NCBI RefSeq assembly: GCF_006345805.1
Contig: NC_043002.1
Coordinates: 17,236,001-17,300,000 of the forward strand
Direction of reading: 5' to 3'
DNA length: 64,000 nt
Source: Octopus sinensis
Taxonomy: Eukaryota
The position numbers and the translations under genes were made by a program. Positions 39,224 through 54,366 of the stretch are shown in pieces (the stretch's first letter is position 1; every line of letters starts with the position of its first letter). The notes beneath the pieces were generated by a model. That model saw only the letters and a program-made list of their open reading frames with translations, had not been told where the DNA came from and searched no databases.

Positions 39224-40287
39224 GCATTTCAAATCATTAATGGCGTAATATTTTGTCATTTTAAATTAAAAGTACTTCTTGTATGCAACGAAGTTTTCAC
39301 AGAATGATGAAAGCAGTTATATGCGTGTGATGTGTAAAAAACATGACATTCCGTAAAACAATACAGAAACTTTTAGCAAGGGGTAATGAAAACTGTTGTG
39401 AAGAAGAAAATACCATTCTGATTTTCTGATGTACATACTCAAATGAACACACAATCAAAAACATCGAAGCCACTACAAATACCTTGTGGAAGAAAACAAT
39501 TATCTACTGTCATGGAAGGCATCTGAGAAATGAATAACTGTTGTCATTCACAGAAATTGTTTTACCGTTAGAAAAGTGCTATTGGAGTGTTAAGTGAAAT
39601 TTGGTAAGCGAGGATCAAATCCAACACTATGTCTGCATGAAGCTACTACAAATACCTTGTGGAGTAAAAAAATTATCTACTGTCATGGAAAAAGAGTAAC
39701 TGTAAAAATGCAGAATTATGGGCATTCAAAAAGTATGTATGTAGTTTCCTAAAAAATGTGGTATGAACTGTAAATAAGCAATAAATATATGATTTTTAAC
39801 ATAAGTATGTGATACCGGATGTCCCAACTGAATGTGGTGGGAAAGTTTGGTTTCATTGTTTAAGAATTTTAAGCATTCAAAGTATGGGTTCATTTTATTG
39901 GGACATAGTTCGTGAATACATTCTGGAATTAAAAATGTATGTAATGTCATCGAAAACTTTTAACTGGAAAATGCATAATTATTGGAGATATGGGCATTGA
40001 AAGTGCACATGCATCAAGATAGTGCAATAATTAGGTTCATCAGTTCAAAACATTGAATAGAGAAATGCAGAATCGGGTCCGCTTATCGTGATAATCAAAT
40101 ATTAATCACTAAGCTAAAACCTAACAGCTGTAAGTGCAGGTGCTATGGGTTATTTTCCTTGAGTGTTTAAAAAATATTGTGCAGGTGCTATGGGTTATTT
40201 TACTTGCGTGTTTAAAAAATAGTTATAATAGGTAGATATAAAGACCCCTCTCAGGGGCCGTATTGTTAATGCCGTTTAATGATGTTA

Positions 40288-41547
40288 CGAGGGACGTTCA
40301 ATAAGTTATGCCTCTGACCCACTTGCAGTTGTTTGATCTAGCTGAAATTATGCATGTGCAATCATTTATATCTCTATAGAGTAAGTGGCAAATTACAGCT
40401 CTGAACTAATTGTGGTTTCTGATTTACAGGTGTTTGAACCGAGTCAAGTGTGAAATGGAACCTGTTGTGTGTCGAGCACACCACGGGAGACTTTTGATGA
40501 AATGAAAGTAACTTATGGTGATGATGCCCCATCATATGACCTTGTAAAACGCTGGCATCGTGAATTCAAACATGGTCGGAACTCTGTGGAAACAGCTCCC
40601 AGATCTGGTCGCCCCTTTCTGCCATTGATGAGGCATCTGTCCGTCAAGTTGGGGCTGACATTTTGAAAGATCGACGCATAATTATTCGCCAAATAGCCCA
40701 TGAGGTCAAGATTAGTACCGGGTCTGTGGAAACTATCATTCATGACCATTTGCATATGCAAAAGGTGTCTGCCAGACGGATTCCCAGGTTGCTCACGCCT
40801 TTCCAGAAGCAAGAACGCGTTGAGTGCTCGTGGGTGAATTTGGAGATGTGCCAAGAAGATGACTTGAAATTTTTCAAAAGACTGATTACACAGGAGGAAA
40901 CCTGGGTCCATCACGATGATCCAGAGACCAAATCCCAGTCAATGCAGTGGAAGCACCGTGACTCACCCCCTCCAAAGAAGGCAAGGGTGCAGCCCTCCGC
41001 TGGCAAGGTCATGCTCACAGTCTTCTGGGACCAGGACGGAGTAGTGATAAAAGATTTCCTGGCAAAGGGTACCACAATTGCAGGAGCCTATTATGCTTCA
41101 CTTTTGAGGAAATTCAGAGAAGTTATCAAAATCAAGAGGCGGGGCAAGATCAGCAAAGGCATCCTCCTCCTGCAGGACTACGCTCCGGTCCACAACTCGC
41201 TTGTCGCCAGATCAGAAGCACAGGCGTATGGCTATGAACTCCTCCCCACCCCCCCTACTTTCCTGACCTTGCACCCTCTGATTTTCACCTCTTCCTAATC
41301 ATGAAGTTGTTTTTGAAAGGAAATCGTTTCACAGATGATGCAGCCTTGATTTCTGAAGTCACGTTGAGGTTGGAGGACCAAGGTGGGTTATTCTACAAAA
41401 ATGGTCTCCAGAGCCGCATCAAACGATGGGAGAAATGCGTAACTCCGGGTGGTTCCTATGTAGAAAAAGACTAATATCTGTACCAAGTTACGTTGCTCTA
41501 CTGCTATGGGAAGTGGGTCAGGGGCATTACTTATTGAACGCCCCTCG
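40288..41547 (+). mobile_element. Second near-full-length mariner of the same family as 33792-35061
   Basis: TA-flanked TIRs CGAGGGACGTTCAATAAG / CTTATTGAACGCCCCTCG; 211-aa open segment with ITQEETWVHHDDP and LQDYAPVH. Confidence 0.95.
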
Positions 41548-41549
41548 TA

Positions 41550-42200
41550 CATGCAGTATAAGGAGTTTCCGAATGCTGGCAATGTGGTTACGATATCGAT
41601 TTTTGAAAATACCTGTCATGGATCTCATATATACATAGGGGCCCCCTCTAGCGTTTACAGTGCACCTATATACCACATTTATGGTCATACATTGATTGCC
41701 CAAAGGACATTTCGGTTTGTATCTGCATGGGCATAACTGGCTTTACTTTTTTGTTAGTTTTTGTTCCGCGAGCACTAGGAGAATCGGTCCTGTTCAGTAT
41801 ATTTCTGGTCACTGTTTTCCTTTTATTCTCACTATTTCAAGGTATATTGTTGGTGGTGTGATTCTTTGCATGGTTTTTGTTGTTGATATTGTAGTTGTTT
41901 TCTCTCGGTTTGTTGTTATTATTATCACTGTGATGCATAAATCGTTTGGTATGAGTGTTGTCTCTTGGTCGGTTATGTGAATTGAGGTCAATTTTACGGG
42001 CTTATTTTGAGCGTAGTCGGTTCGGTTCCTCAGTTTACGATTGTTAATCCTATGGACGTGGTGCTCTATATTTAATGAATTAGCATAGGACAGTTTTATA
42101 GAGTCCCGGTTGAATATTTTGCTGTACACTCCATTTTTAGGGAACCAGCGATGAAGTGCGGCCAAAAATTATTTCGCGATCTTGCATGAGATGTTCGAGC
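41550..42200 (-). mobile_element. Penelope-like element linker and GIY-YIG endonuclease fragment
   Basis: FLAALHRWFPKNGVYSKIFNRDSIKLSYANSLNI (PLE KIFNRNTVKVSYS motif) and NQCMTINVVYRCTV..YVYM..FKNRYRNH; abuts the mariner end. Confidence 0.8.
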
Positions 42201-45200
42201 TCCTTTTCTGTTAAGTTTTTTGTTCGGTCGTTTGGAGTGGATGACACCAGATAAAAGCAAATGTTATGTAATGTATTTCATTAGCTTACAACTGTTTTTA
42301 CTATAAGGGTACCCGGATAACATTCTTTAGCCTCATCAGACTATTGAATATGAGGTGCTGGATATTTGGGAAAATTTCATTTTTGGAACATAAGGGGTTA
42401 TATGTGATAAAGTATTTGTTGATACCTATGGAAAAGTCTGAACAAAAGTGGAACAAAGTATGCAAATATACACGTGTTTATACCAGAATGAAAAGACATA
42501 AAAGAAAACTCACACAGACATATAATCACAGAGAGAGAAGAGCTATATGGATACACGCGTATCAATAGTAGTTGTAATTTCTTTGAATTTTTTTTTTATA
42601 TTCCCAACTGGTTTCAATATTTTTTGCTTTCATTTTCAATGCTGATGAAATTAGTTTCAAGAGGGATAGAACTTTCAAGAGGAAATTCAGTAAAGCGTTC
42701 TTAGAAAAGTCAAATGTTCTTACAAATTCCAGTATTGAAAAACTTCCACAGTAAACTAACTTAATGGGATTTCAAATTTGAATTTCTAAGGTTTCAAAGC
42801 ACTATATTATATCAATAATTGCAGACGACTAAATTTGTAACTGAAAAAGGAAAAAAAAAACAGGATTTCTTTACAAGTTCTTCGTCGCTCTTTTTTCTGG
42901 TGAAAGGCTGAACTGTTTTATGCTGAAATTACTTTGTATATAAACGTTCTGATTTGTTATAAACTCAATGACTTCACTCGGCTTTGTTTGTCTGTAGGAA
43001 TAAACCACTTTTCTCTTCTTGAGAATATTTCCTATTTGGCTTAGCAAAATTTGCTTAAGGAAATTTTCTTTCCAAATCGTATGCGGTAGCTACGAATTTT
43101 GCCAGATTGTATAAGTCTTTCTAAGTTTGAAAGATATTCCTCTCATATCCTTCTCTGTAATATGCTTTTCTTTTCTTTACTTAACTTGTTGGAGAAAACT
43201 GGGCCATTTATTTAGATTGATATCATGTTAACTTGGCACAAGCTTTATATGTTTCAGACAAGGGTGCGTTTTTACTCGCTCCGTTATTGTATCGAGTCAC
43301 TGCCTTACATAAATTACGCCTTAATCTTTTAGCCTTGAAAGCTGTTGTGTTGGTCTTATAGTATTTTCCACATGTGTTTGTAAACTAATGATGGAAGACC
43401 ATCTACACTGTTCATGTTTCAAAGTGTTTATACGCGGTCTACCGTATCGTTAATTTGATTACCAAAATATCGAACCGTTGTTTCCCTAAATATTTTGTGA
43501 GATATTCACTATTACGAATATTCGTTCTGTATTGATTCCGTTTTCAAAAGTACGTCTATGTATTATTTCTGCATGCTTCTTTCAGTAGCCTTTAAATCTA
43601 TTTTCGATTTGTGCAACTTTCTCGCCTTTATGTTTATAATTAGCAGCTAGGATATATAACCATCATCCTTCTGTGTAAAATCAAAGCGAAATTACTCGGA
43701 TTGAAAACTGAAATTACAGGCATCATAGTACTTTTATGTATATCAAAACATTTTTTTTTATATTGAATATAAACCAGCGTAGCAAAACATATTTCTTAGC
43801 ACTCATTTCTACATGGAACTAAATAAATATCATCTTCACACCTAGCAACAGAAGATGAGGGATAGGGATCTTCAACTCACGATATGAAATTTCGAATCGC
43901 CTGTGATTATTTGACTCAAATATCCAACTGAATTTGAGGTTATTTTTGTGAGTGGATCAGTATATTTGTACATATGTTTATATACACACACATTAGAAAG
44001 TATATATATATGATAGAGAGACGAATTATATATTGAAATATGTAAATATTATTTCGATACAATGCAATATTTTATACAGTAGAAATATAAAAACGACCTC
44101 TCAACTTCATGATAAAAAAAAACATAAGAATTACTTTTAAAAACACCAAAGAATGTATTAAAATGTGTTTATTGCAGACGAAATTTCCAATTGATTTATA
44201 TACTTTAATCTGATGAGGGAGTTATTCACCATAATTATATTACGTATATTCAATTACTTATCAAATATTTATTCGAACACCTTTTCGTTATTTATGTGCA
44301 ATTCTAAGTGATAATGGAAAGATAGAGATATATGGCGGCGACGAAATATATGTCATTACTATTTACCAAGTAGTCTATAAATTTTATATTGATAAAACAA
44401 AAACTTGTGGTGATAATTCAGATATACCTGACATCACTTTCATCACTGAATAAACACCCTATCAAAACCTTCCAATATTCTATAACACCACTATATTACA
44501 AACCAATAAAATATGTGTCTTTCTTGTCAGTAAATATTCTCAACATTTAATTTGTCCGTTTCTACATATAAAATAAGTCTGCGCACTATCTTTAAAATAT
44601 TTACTTACGTCAATTCTAAATGTTTATACATTATTCAAATCTTACTTACTCTCATGTTTTAAATTGCAATAGATCTGGTATAGTGTCACATTTACCTAAT
44701 ATATCTAACAGTGATCGTTTGGCTATTTTCATTAAACTATCGAATTAGCAACCTCTGAATAACATGAGTATAGGTGTAAGTTAACCATATGGAAACAGTC
44801 ATAAGAATTGCGGCAAGACATTCGGGATATCATATTATGTGCATTCGAAAATATGTTGTTTTTGTCTCAAATCCACATTTCATGAATGAATTTGAATAGG
44901 AAATTCTGAAAAGTGACGTTATATAAAAAAGGAATACTTGGCTTATTCAAAATAAAAGCGAGATTGCATGCGCCAATATTGAACTCCTGAAAATTTGTAT
45001 GAAGCAAGGAAAGGCAATCTATTGTCAAACCAGAGACCTAGACCATACACCTGAAAAGGAATAGGTGCGTATAAATGGAATCAAATATTTGATAACAACA
45101 GGAATCTGAGTGACATTTTATCTCTGCTGTAACACGCAGTGCAACAGTCAATTATTTTTCTTTCAGAAATTATGAAACCTTCTGGTACATTGTAAAATAT

Positions 45201-45659
45201 ATTAGTCTTAGACGCTAGGGAGATGTGTCTTCACGGGATTTTACACGGTTGCAACTCAAATTTTGCAACAAAACTCGCATGTTTATTTAATACCAAGAAG
45301 CACATGGACACTTATGAATTCGAAATTATTGAAGGAAATAGTATTGCAAATACAATAAATCATATTGGAAAATGAATTGACTCGTTAAAAATGGAAGAAT
45401 CCACTTCAGTTAAGTTAAGATATTGACGACTTTTTACAACTCCCAAACAGAAGCAGTGGAATGTAATTTGCTGCAATTATATGAGTTGCTAAAGAAGGTG
45501 AAGCAAAATTAATGCATATCGGCAGTGAATAGAAATTTAATGAGCACCATGTTGGAATCTTTATTTATAGTTTAACTCTAACTAATATGCGAAATAAAGT
45601 AAACCAACACAGTTTATAATTTCAAGAAGATTGTCGTAATATCGCTGTTACAATAAACC

Positions 45660-46150
45660 ATATCGCAGCCCCGATTTGTTCTACGTACTTCTCGATACTT
45701 TTGCTCACTATTCCCAGGGCTCCGACAATTATTGGTACTATTGCTACCTTTTTCATCGACAACAATTGCTTCACTCCCCAAGCTAACCTGTCATCTCTCA
45801 ACTTTTCTTTCTTCTTTATCTCCTTTATCAAAGGTTTTGTTGAATTCCTAGAGTCTTGCATGCGTAGCACGTTTACCAAATGCAGCCTATGGTACCATGC
45901 TATTTGTTCTTTTCAACAGTGTAATACTTTCCTGATTACTTCGGGCGTGCGAAGGAGGTAAACATCTTGTAAAAGTTCTACTGGGCACTGTGTTCCAATT
46001 TCCTTTATATTCCAAGTTCCTTCATATTTGACTCCATGTTTCACCCAGAGACCCCGAGAGCCAACAAGTTAGAGAAGTTGGTGTTATGACTAGGATTCCA
46101 TATATTTTGGTTTTGCACAGAGTATTGTTCTAGAGAATGTCTGCCAAAAT
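45660..46150 (-). mobile_element. Remnants of the 3' end of an R4/Dong-type (restriction-like endonuclease) non-LTR element
   Basis: KKEK..DRLAWGVKQLLSMKKVAIVPIIVGALGIVSKSIEKYVEQIG, plus an upstream LLRTPEVIRKVL* terminal motif suggesting a second tandem remnant. Confidence 0.7.
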
Positions 46151-46436
46151 CATAAATAATTTAGAAGTTCTTCTTTAAAGTAATTTGATTATAAGATGAT
46201 AGTCTGATGTATAGATGAAACAAAAATATATTTGCTGTTATGTACATTTAAATGTCTTTTGGCACTGTTTACGGATTAAAATATTTGGGGGATTACATAC
46301 ACAATATTTTACATAGGATATGGGCATTTCCCAAAGGAACTATTCTTTGAAATATTAACATTGTTAGATTTTCTGGTAGTTAAGCCAGGTAGGAATCAGC
46401 CACTTCTGCTATCATTCCATAAGAGATATTGTTTGA

Positions 46437-46848
46437 GGAGTGGCTGTGTGGTAAGTAGCTTGTTTACCAACCACATGGTTTCGGGTTCAGTCCCACTGCG
46501 TAGCATCTTGGGCAAGTGTCTTCTACTATAGCCTCGGGCCGACCAAAGTCTGGTGATTGGATTTGGTAAACTGAAAGAAGTCCGTCGTATATATGTATAC
46601 ATATATACATATATGTGTGTGTGTATATGTTTGTGTGCCTGTGTTTGACCCCCCAACATCACTTGACAACAGCTGCTGGTGTGTTTACTTCATCGTAACT
46701 TAGCGGTTCGGCAAAAGAGACCGATAGAATAAGTACTAAGCTTACAAAAATAAGTTCCGGGGTCGATTTGCTCAACTAAATGCGATGATCCAGCATGGCC
46801 ACGCTCAAATGGATGAAACCAGTATTAGAGTAAAGAAAAGTAAAGAGT
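46437..46848 (+). mobile_element. Family B SINE
   Basis: Runs from GGAGTGGCTGTGTGGTAAG to the GTAAAGA tail. Confidence 0.9.
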
Positions 46849-47137
46849 AGTCTTGGAGGTCCACATTTTGCCAATTTCTATTTCAAGATCTTTATACTTG
46901 CCCAGGTTATTATTATCATCATCATCATTACTTAAGTGGCGAGCTAGCCAAATTGTTGGCACGCCGTACCAAATTACTTCGGACACTTTTCATCCTGTTT
47001 ATGTTTACAGCTTAAATTTTGCCGCAATTGATATCACCGTTTATGCTGTCGCAGTCGATAAAGGTAAGACACAGACAAGTACTACTAAAACAATATTTGT
47101 ACCATGATTTGTAATAATCATTATTGTTGTTGTTGTT

Positions 47138-47195
<58 letters not shown>

Positions 47196-47223
47196 TAATA
47201 ATAATAATAATACTGTTATTGAA

Positions 47224-47445
47224 GGCGCGGAGCTGGCAGAAACGTTAGCAGGCTAGACGAAATGCTTACCGGTATTTTGGCCGACGCTACGTTCTGAGTT
47301 CAAATTCCATCGAGGTCGACTTTGCACACTTCGCTTTTCATCCTTTCGGTGTCGAGAAATTAAGTACCAGTTGCGTACTGGGGTCGATTTAATCGACTGG
47401 CCCCACTCCCCCCAAATTTCATGCCTTGTGCCTTTAGTAGAAAAG
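47224..47445 (+). mobile_element. Family A SINE (alternative tail)
   Basis: GGCGCGGAGCTGGCAGAAACGTTAGC..GACTGGCCCC..CCTTGTGCC; flanked by (AAT)n and (ATT)n(AGT)n. Confidence 0.85.
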
Positions 47446-47451
47446 ATTATC

Positions 47452-47520
<69 letters not shown>

Positions 47521-48914
47521 TGTTGTAGTTGTAGTGGTGGTTGATGTGGTAAAATCGTATGAGCGTCAGTAAAATGTTTGACGTGTTTCTTCCGGATCAA
47601 TACTCAGAGAATTCTGCCTTTCGTCCTTTGCGGACGGATGAAATGAAGTACCTGTCATGTGAAGGAGTCTATGTAATTGACTTGCTTCCACACCTTAGAA
47701 TTGACAGCCTTGTGTTAAAACTTGTAGCATGGTTATTATTACTATTATCAGACATTTATATATACAGTATAGATATAATACAAAATATTACTTTTCACAT
47801 GAATGCCTACATAAAGACAGAAATATACACACACATCCTTATATACATATATATGTGTGTGTGTGTATGTGTATGTGTGTGTGTGTGTTAGCATTTGCGT
47901 AAGCATGCTTCAGTATATTCATATAGGTATAAATGCATGTAAATAGAATGTATAGTGGAGAAGCCAACTCATTTACGAACTTATTTAAGAGATCTTATGT
48001 TTAAGAGTATATATATGTATATAAGTGTGTGTGTGTGTGTGTGTGTGTCTGTGTGTGTATTAGGTCCTGTCTGTACATGTATGTACACGTATATTCGAAG
48101 GGAAAATGCTATACTTCAATTACAAATATATTTAAACTAATTAACTAGGTGTTTCCAATTATTTATTTCCTAAGTCAGTCAGTGAATGCAGTATCTGATA
48201 ATGATCTAAATTTGCCCATAAAAAGCGATGCCAATGAAGAAATGGCTATTGAAAATAACAAGATATGAAAATTATCTTCAGATATTGATAAATTATATTG
48301 GCTGATATGGATTATTATCAGTGTTATAAAATATGCTTAATTGTTATTCGGTCGAATGCGTTGATTTCGATAGATTTCTCACTTCTATTGAAGCATGATA
48401 TTTTTCAAAAATTAATTACGCTCCACTAGACACGCAGGTGCCAGAGATGTGAACAATTTCTTTATAGCTGCTTCTTATCGTGTGAGTGATCGATCGATTT
48501 GCTTTTAAATATATCATCGTTTGACTCTAATGAACACTTGTTCAATGCTAGATCAGCATTTGACCAATTTACTAAGATGCTTGATGAAAACTTAGCCAAA
48601 CTTAATTAGACAGTGTGAATACATAATGAAACTGAAATTGTTTTCCTGAGAAGTTAGTTTGCATCACCATGTTTTAATGTTATATAGATAATAACATAAC
48701 GTTCAGCGATATTAACTTGATCTTAAATATTTACATTATTTAAATATTTATATTTACACTCCTACTCAATCGGTTTAATCGATGATCGCTTAGAGTTGCC
48801 ATATAAGTTTCACACGTGATAATTTTGTTACCTATTGATTTTTTGAAGATGACGTTGAGCGAACATATGGTTTAAATGTAAGCTTAATTGTTAATATACC
48901 CAGTAAAGATGAGA

Positions 48915-49198
48915 TTGGTTGTTCCTTCTAGAGCCATGCCTGGCTCATAAGGACCGGTTTCCTTGGCGTATAGGTTCCCCACATGTATTGGACGACGGTC
49001 TGTCGCAGGTGAGCTGCAAGATGCAGGAGGAAAGAGTGAGAGACAGTTGTGGCGAAAGAGTCGGTAGACGTTTGTCATTACCTTCTGCCGGAACTGCATG
49101 GAGCTTAGGTGTTTCGCTCATCACCCGGTCTGAGATTCGAACCAGCGATCCCTCGACCGCGAATCCGCTGCTCTAACCACTAGGCCATATGCCTGCAC
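48915..49198 (-). mobile_element. Family C SINE
   Basis: Minus-strand head ATGGCCTAGTGGTTAGAGCAGCGGATTCGCGGTCGAGGGATCGCTGGTTCGAATC. Confidence 0.82.
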
Positions 49199-50778
49199 AA
49201 CTATGAGATTAGTAACCCAGAATACTATAAACTTATGAATGAAATCTTTTTTTCCGAATTGTTAACGTCTTTCCTTAATAGTTACTTCATAAAAAAAGCA
49301 AAGTTTGACGGAAGTGATTACCGATTTAGTCAAACCCTGTGGTACCTCATTTATGAAACCTAGCGAAATTGGAACTCAATTATTTAAATAAATTCCGCTT
49401 TCTCAGGGTAGAAAGGGAATGTAGTTTTTGTGTTCAAAGCCAAAATCTAACGGAAAGTACACTGCAGAAGACAAAACGTTTAAAATACAAGCGGCCATAT
49501 CTCCTAATTTTCTTGTTCAGAAATATTTCATATTTCTTCATAAAAAATGCATATGATTAAATACAAAATTTCACTGATATATCAAATGTGGTATAGATTC
49601 AGTGCGATGATAATCATGATATCCATCAATTTATATTTCTGTTGATGTCTTACAATATCAGAACGTTAGAGCACACAGCGATAAAACGTAAATACGACGA
49701 TAACAATATATTACCTTAATTGTGGAAGTGCGAAATAATGGAACGGCCCTAAATTCTTCTGATATCCTTAATCACTATCACTGTTTCGTAACATGTTGCA
49801 CATGCAAAATGTTGCAATGTACATATTATCATAACCGCAGTGTACATTTCGCTAAATAATTCATACTGCACATACACCAGGCATGCTACTGGTAAATTGG
49901 AGGAGTTCTGAGCGAATATTCGTGTTTAATATGTGAATATAGTCGAGAAAGTATTCTACTTACAGAAGTAACTATAATCAAAATAAAATATACTAGGCTA
50001 AATGTGAACTAGTGTGTTATGAAATTATGAAATTCTATAGTGGACTGTCCTATTTTACGTGAAGAGAGAAGCGACTAAATAAGGCATGATAGACATGCAC
50101 GTACACAAGCGCGTGCGAACACGCACTCACGTAGACATACAGTCACAAATGCACATACAACCCCCCCCACACACACACATATATATATATATATATTATA
50201 TATATATATATATATATATTAGTTTCAGCTCAGAGCTGCACCGCCGTTATATAAAATATGAATTAGCCCATGCTGATGCACCACCGTATATAAAATATGA
50301 ATTAGGGATAAAACCACTATTATGCAACTGAAACAGTGATAGACATAACCAAATACATAAATAACAAATAATATATATATATACATATTAATATATAACT
50401 TTTAACTCGATCTCAAACAGTATAAAATAAATGAAAAATATATCATATAATTAAAAGCACTACATACGTTTCATGGCTACAATCAAACTCGAATTAAAAT
50501 TAAGTTTAAATTCAATTCAAATAAATTCGAATTAAAATTATGGTCGATCTTCAGGTTAATGAAAATAGTTATATAAATAAGCAAAGAGATTCAAACAATA
50601 TTTATCTAAGAAATAAATTAAAAATAATTTTTCTTATAGAAAAAACTCCATTAACTAATTTAGAATCTTAAAACATTAAGATTATTTCCTACAACACATT
50701 TATTATGTTAAATATTTATTTCTAAGGTAAAAAATAGATAGAAATATCTATTTATCGTTGAATAATAATAATAATAAT

Positions 50779-50893
<115 letters not shown>

Positions 50894-50899
50894 TATATA

Positions 50900-50945
<46 letters not shown>

Positions 50946-51018
50946 AAAACGATGTAGGTCAGTTAAACTGTCAAGTGTGTGTGTGTGTGTGTGTATGTAT
51001 ATGTATATATACATATAC

Positions 51019-51071
<53 letters not shown>

Positions 51072-51652
51072 ATGTATATGTATATATACATATACATATA
51101 TATATATATATATATACATATATATATGTGTATATATATGTAGGTACATATATACGTATATATACACACTCATACATTTATGCATGTATGTATGTACATA
51201 TATATATATATATATATCCGTGTGTCCCTTATTTACTGAAGACATTTTTAATGCTATGGACGTTCTCATCGAAATTCTAAAAACTTCAATTCCTTATTAT
51301 TTGGCACAGAACAATTACATATCAGCGAATATATTGTTGCATGGTGGATATAATCCATTCCAAAATATCTAATGGTGTTTTCAGGAAATTTATCCTGCTT
51401 GACCTAAGTCACAGATAAATCTGTCGCTAGTTCGATGAATTGTTTCATGTATATTATAACACTGGTTAGGAGGCGAGATTCTTTAAAATAAAGATGATTT
51501 CATTTTGTACAGATATCCTATTTCACTTCCTCTCTAAATATTCAAAGGGTCTTTCTTTTCTTCTTCCCGAAATAGCATATAACATTTTACTGTACAATAT
51601 AGTGTATGTGAAAAATATAAAATTGAAACTATGTTTTGTCATTACTGGTGTG

Positions 51653-51733
<81 letters not shown>

Positions 51734-51734
<1 letters not shown>

Positions 51735-52970
51735 AGGAATTGGACAAAATAATGGAAACATCTTAAAATTTCAATCAAATTTATATTTAATCTAATACGC
51801 GGGAGGACGGCATTTGCTAGTAATTTTACCTTGCATTCTACGAGGTATCGACTCGTACGAATTTGGAATTGTTTTCAAAGGAAATTTTGTCCTTTCTTCA
51901 AGGAAAAGAGTCTCCAGCACTTGTAATGATGATGTTTTTCGAAAATGCATCATAAATGTTCAATAATATTGAAATTTGGGGATTGTGGTCGCCGGATAAC
52001 ATGTACAACTTCACTAGAATGTTCCTCGTGCCATTCAGTAACAGCTTTAGCTTTGTGAAATGATGCATTATCTTTCTGAAAGTTGGCATTTCGTTCCGGA
52101 AACAGTTCCTCAAACTAGGATGAATTTTACCAGATAAAACGCTTAAGTAGACTTCACTATTAATTCTGGAATGAAGGGAACCGATTGGGCCGGCGGATTT
52201 CTAAGATATAGCCTCTCAGATCATTACAGATCCTCTTCTATATTTAACAGATGGAAGAAGGCAGTCATGGTCAAATGCTTCTCTTGGCTGTCTCCAGACG
52301 TATACTCGGTCGGTAAATAAGTTAAAGGATGACACATCCGAGAGAATAACATTTTCCCACTGCACTAGGGACCAATTTTGTAAGTTTTTTACTCCAATCT
52401 CAAAGATTTGCAACGTTTGATTTTGGAATTAGTGGTTTTCTGATTGCAGCCTTCTCGTTAAATCCGGCTTTACGCTGCTCCTGGTGAACAGTTTTATGGA
52501 AACTGGGGTCTTGAATTTATCATAAAGCTCTGCAGTAATATTGGGAACTGTACTTTTGTGATCCTTTCTAACAATACGGGTAAGAGTCCGACAGTCCCTA
52601 TCTGAAAGTTTTGGTTTTCTTCCGGAGATTGTGTCGGCGAGGAGGTTTTTCCCTCTTTCACAAAAGCTGTCGTTACTTTCGCGGCAGTACTCCTTGATAT
52701 TCCAAACATTTACGCTGCTTTCTTTACGCTACATACTGCAATACGAGCACCAACAATTTGACCACTTTGAAATTTCGATGGATCTTTCATTTGACTGAAT
52801 TTTAATTACCTTTACCTAATAATATCTGCAAAGAAACAGCAATTTTACCTTAGCGAATTAAGCAATTCAAATCCAAAAACACAAAATAAACGAGTTATTA
52901 CTGTTCTACAGATATCTCAAAATTATGATGCTATGATGCTAGGTGTTTCCTTTATTTTGTCCAACCCCTG
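51734..52970 (-). mobile_element. Tc1-like (DD34E) transposon with transposase pseudogene
   Basis: TA-flanked TIRs CAGGAATTGGACAAAATAATGGAAACA / TGTTTCCTTTATTTTGTCCAACCCCTG; FQSGQIVGAR..MFGISRSTAAKV, WENVILSDVSSFNL..VWRQ, GSVMI, QKDNASFH, PQSPNFNIIEHL. Confidence 0.92.
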
Positions 52971-52982
52971 TATATATACGTA

Positions 52983-53018
<36 letters not shown>

Positions 53019-53024
53019 TGTATG

Positions 53025-53065
<41 letters not shown>

Positions 53066-53115
53066 GCATACATACATATTATGTGTTTGTATGTATGTAT
53101 GTGTGTATCTATATA

Positions 53116-53173
<58 letters not shown>

Positions 53174-53190
53174 CATATGATATATGTATA

Positions 53191-53249
<59 letters not shown>

Positions 53250-53480
53250 GCCGTTAAATTTATTATTTGGCCTCAGACAAATAAGTGCCTAATGCCTGAA
53301 GATAAGTTTTGATTAGCAAAGAATATCTTCAAACTGGGAATAAATATAGAAACCCAATATCAATTACCTTGAAGCGTAAATGAAACAAAAAATGAAACGG
53401 AGAATGTTATAATTATTAATATTTCTATTTAAACTTCTCTTTTCTATGCTTTCTTTATTATGTACATGTATGCACGTATT

Positions 53481-53590
<110 letters not shown>

Positions 53591-53797
53591 TGTGTGTAAA
53601 TACACACACAAACACCGCACATGCACACATGATATATATGCACCATATTTATATATTTATACATACCTATATTAAACTCAAACTTTCTCTCACGTGTGTT
53701 TCATCGATATATTGTATATACGCCAGTACCTTCATATCTGTATAAGCAGGCATACATTCACACAAACAGACGGGGATAGATAGAGAGACAGACAAAC

Positions 53798-53849
<52 letters not shown>

Positions 53850-54062
53850 TAGCTAGGTAACGTCCAATAAGTAAGAATGCTTTTTTCGTAGTTTGAGTTT
53901 TGACTGGCCTCCCTATTATGTAAGAAGTCCACATGCTGGACTTCTCCGCGTATTGATTTTTATCCATAATTATATTATGAAAATATTTGTGTCTTTTCAC
54001 ATAGTACGCATGCTAACCAATGGTATAAATTGTTAATTCAATAATTTTCATCATGTAAAAAA

Positions 54063-54119
<57 letters not shown>

Positions 54120-54149
54120 TATACATGTATGTACGTATGTATGTATGTA

Positions 54150-54366
54150 TGTATGTAGTATCTATGTATATATTTGTGTGTCTGTGTTTGCCCCCCCCCC
54201 GCCATCACTTGATAACCATTCTTAGTGTGTTTACGTCCCCGTAAACTAGCTGTTCGGCAAAATAGAGCGATAGAATACGTCCTGAGGTTGATTAGTTCAA
54301 CTGAAGGTATTGCATCAGCATGGCCGCAATCAAATGACAGAAGCAATTAAAAGAATGAAAGAGTAA
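54150..54366 (+). mobile_element. Family B SINE, 3' half, degenerate
   Basis: TGTGTTTACGTCCCCGT..TTCGGCAAAA..CAGCATGGCCGCA. Confidence 0.7.

Noticed and set aside
42570-42845. Minus-strand acceptor and an LRR-like peptide FDFSKNALLNF
   Set aside because: Stops separate the acceptor from the peptide, and a single weak motif in AT-rich DNA is expected by chance
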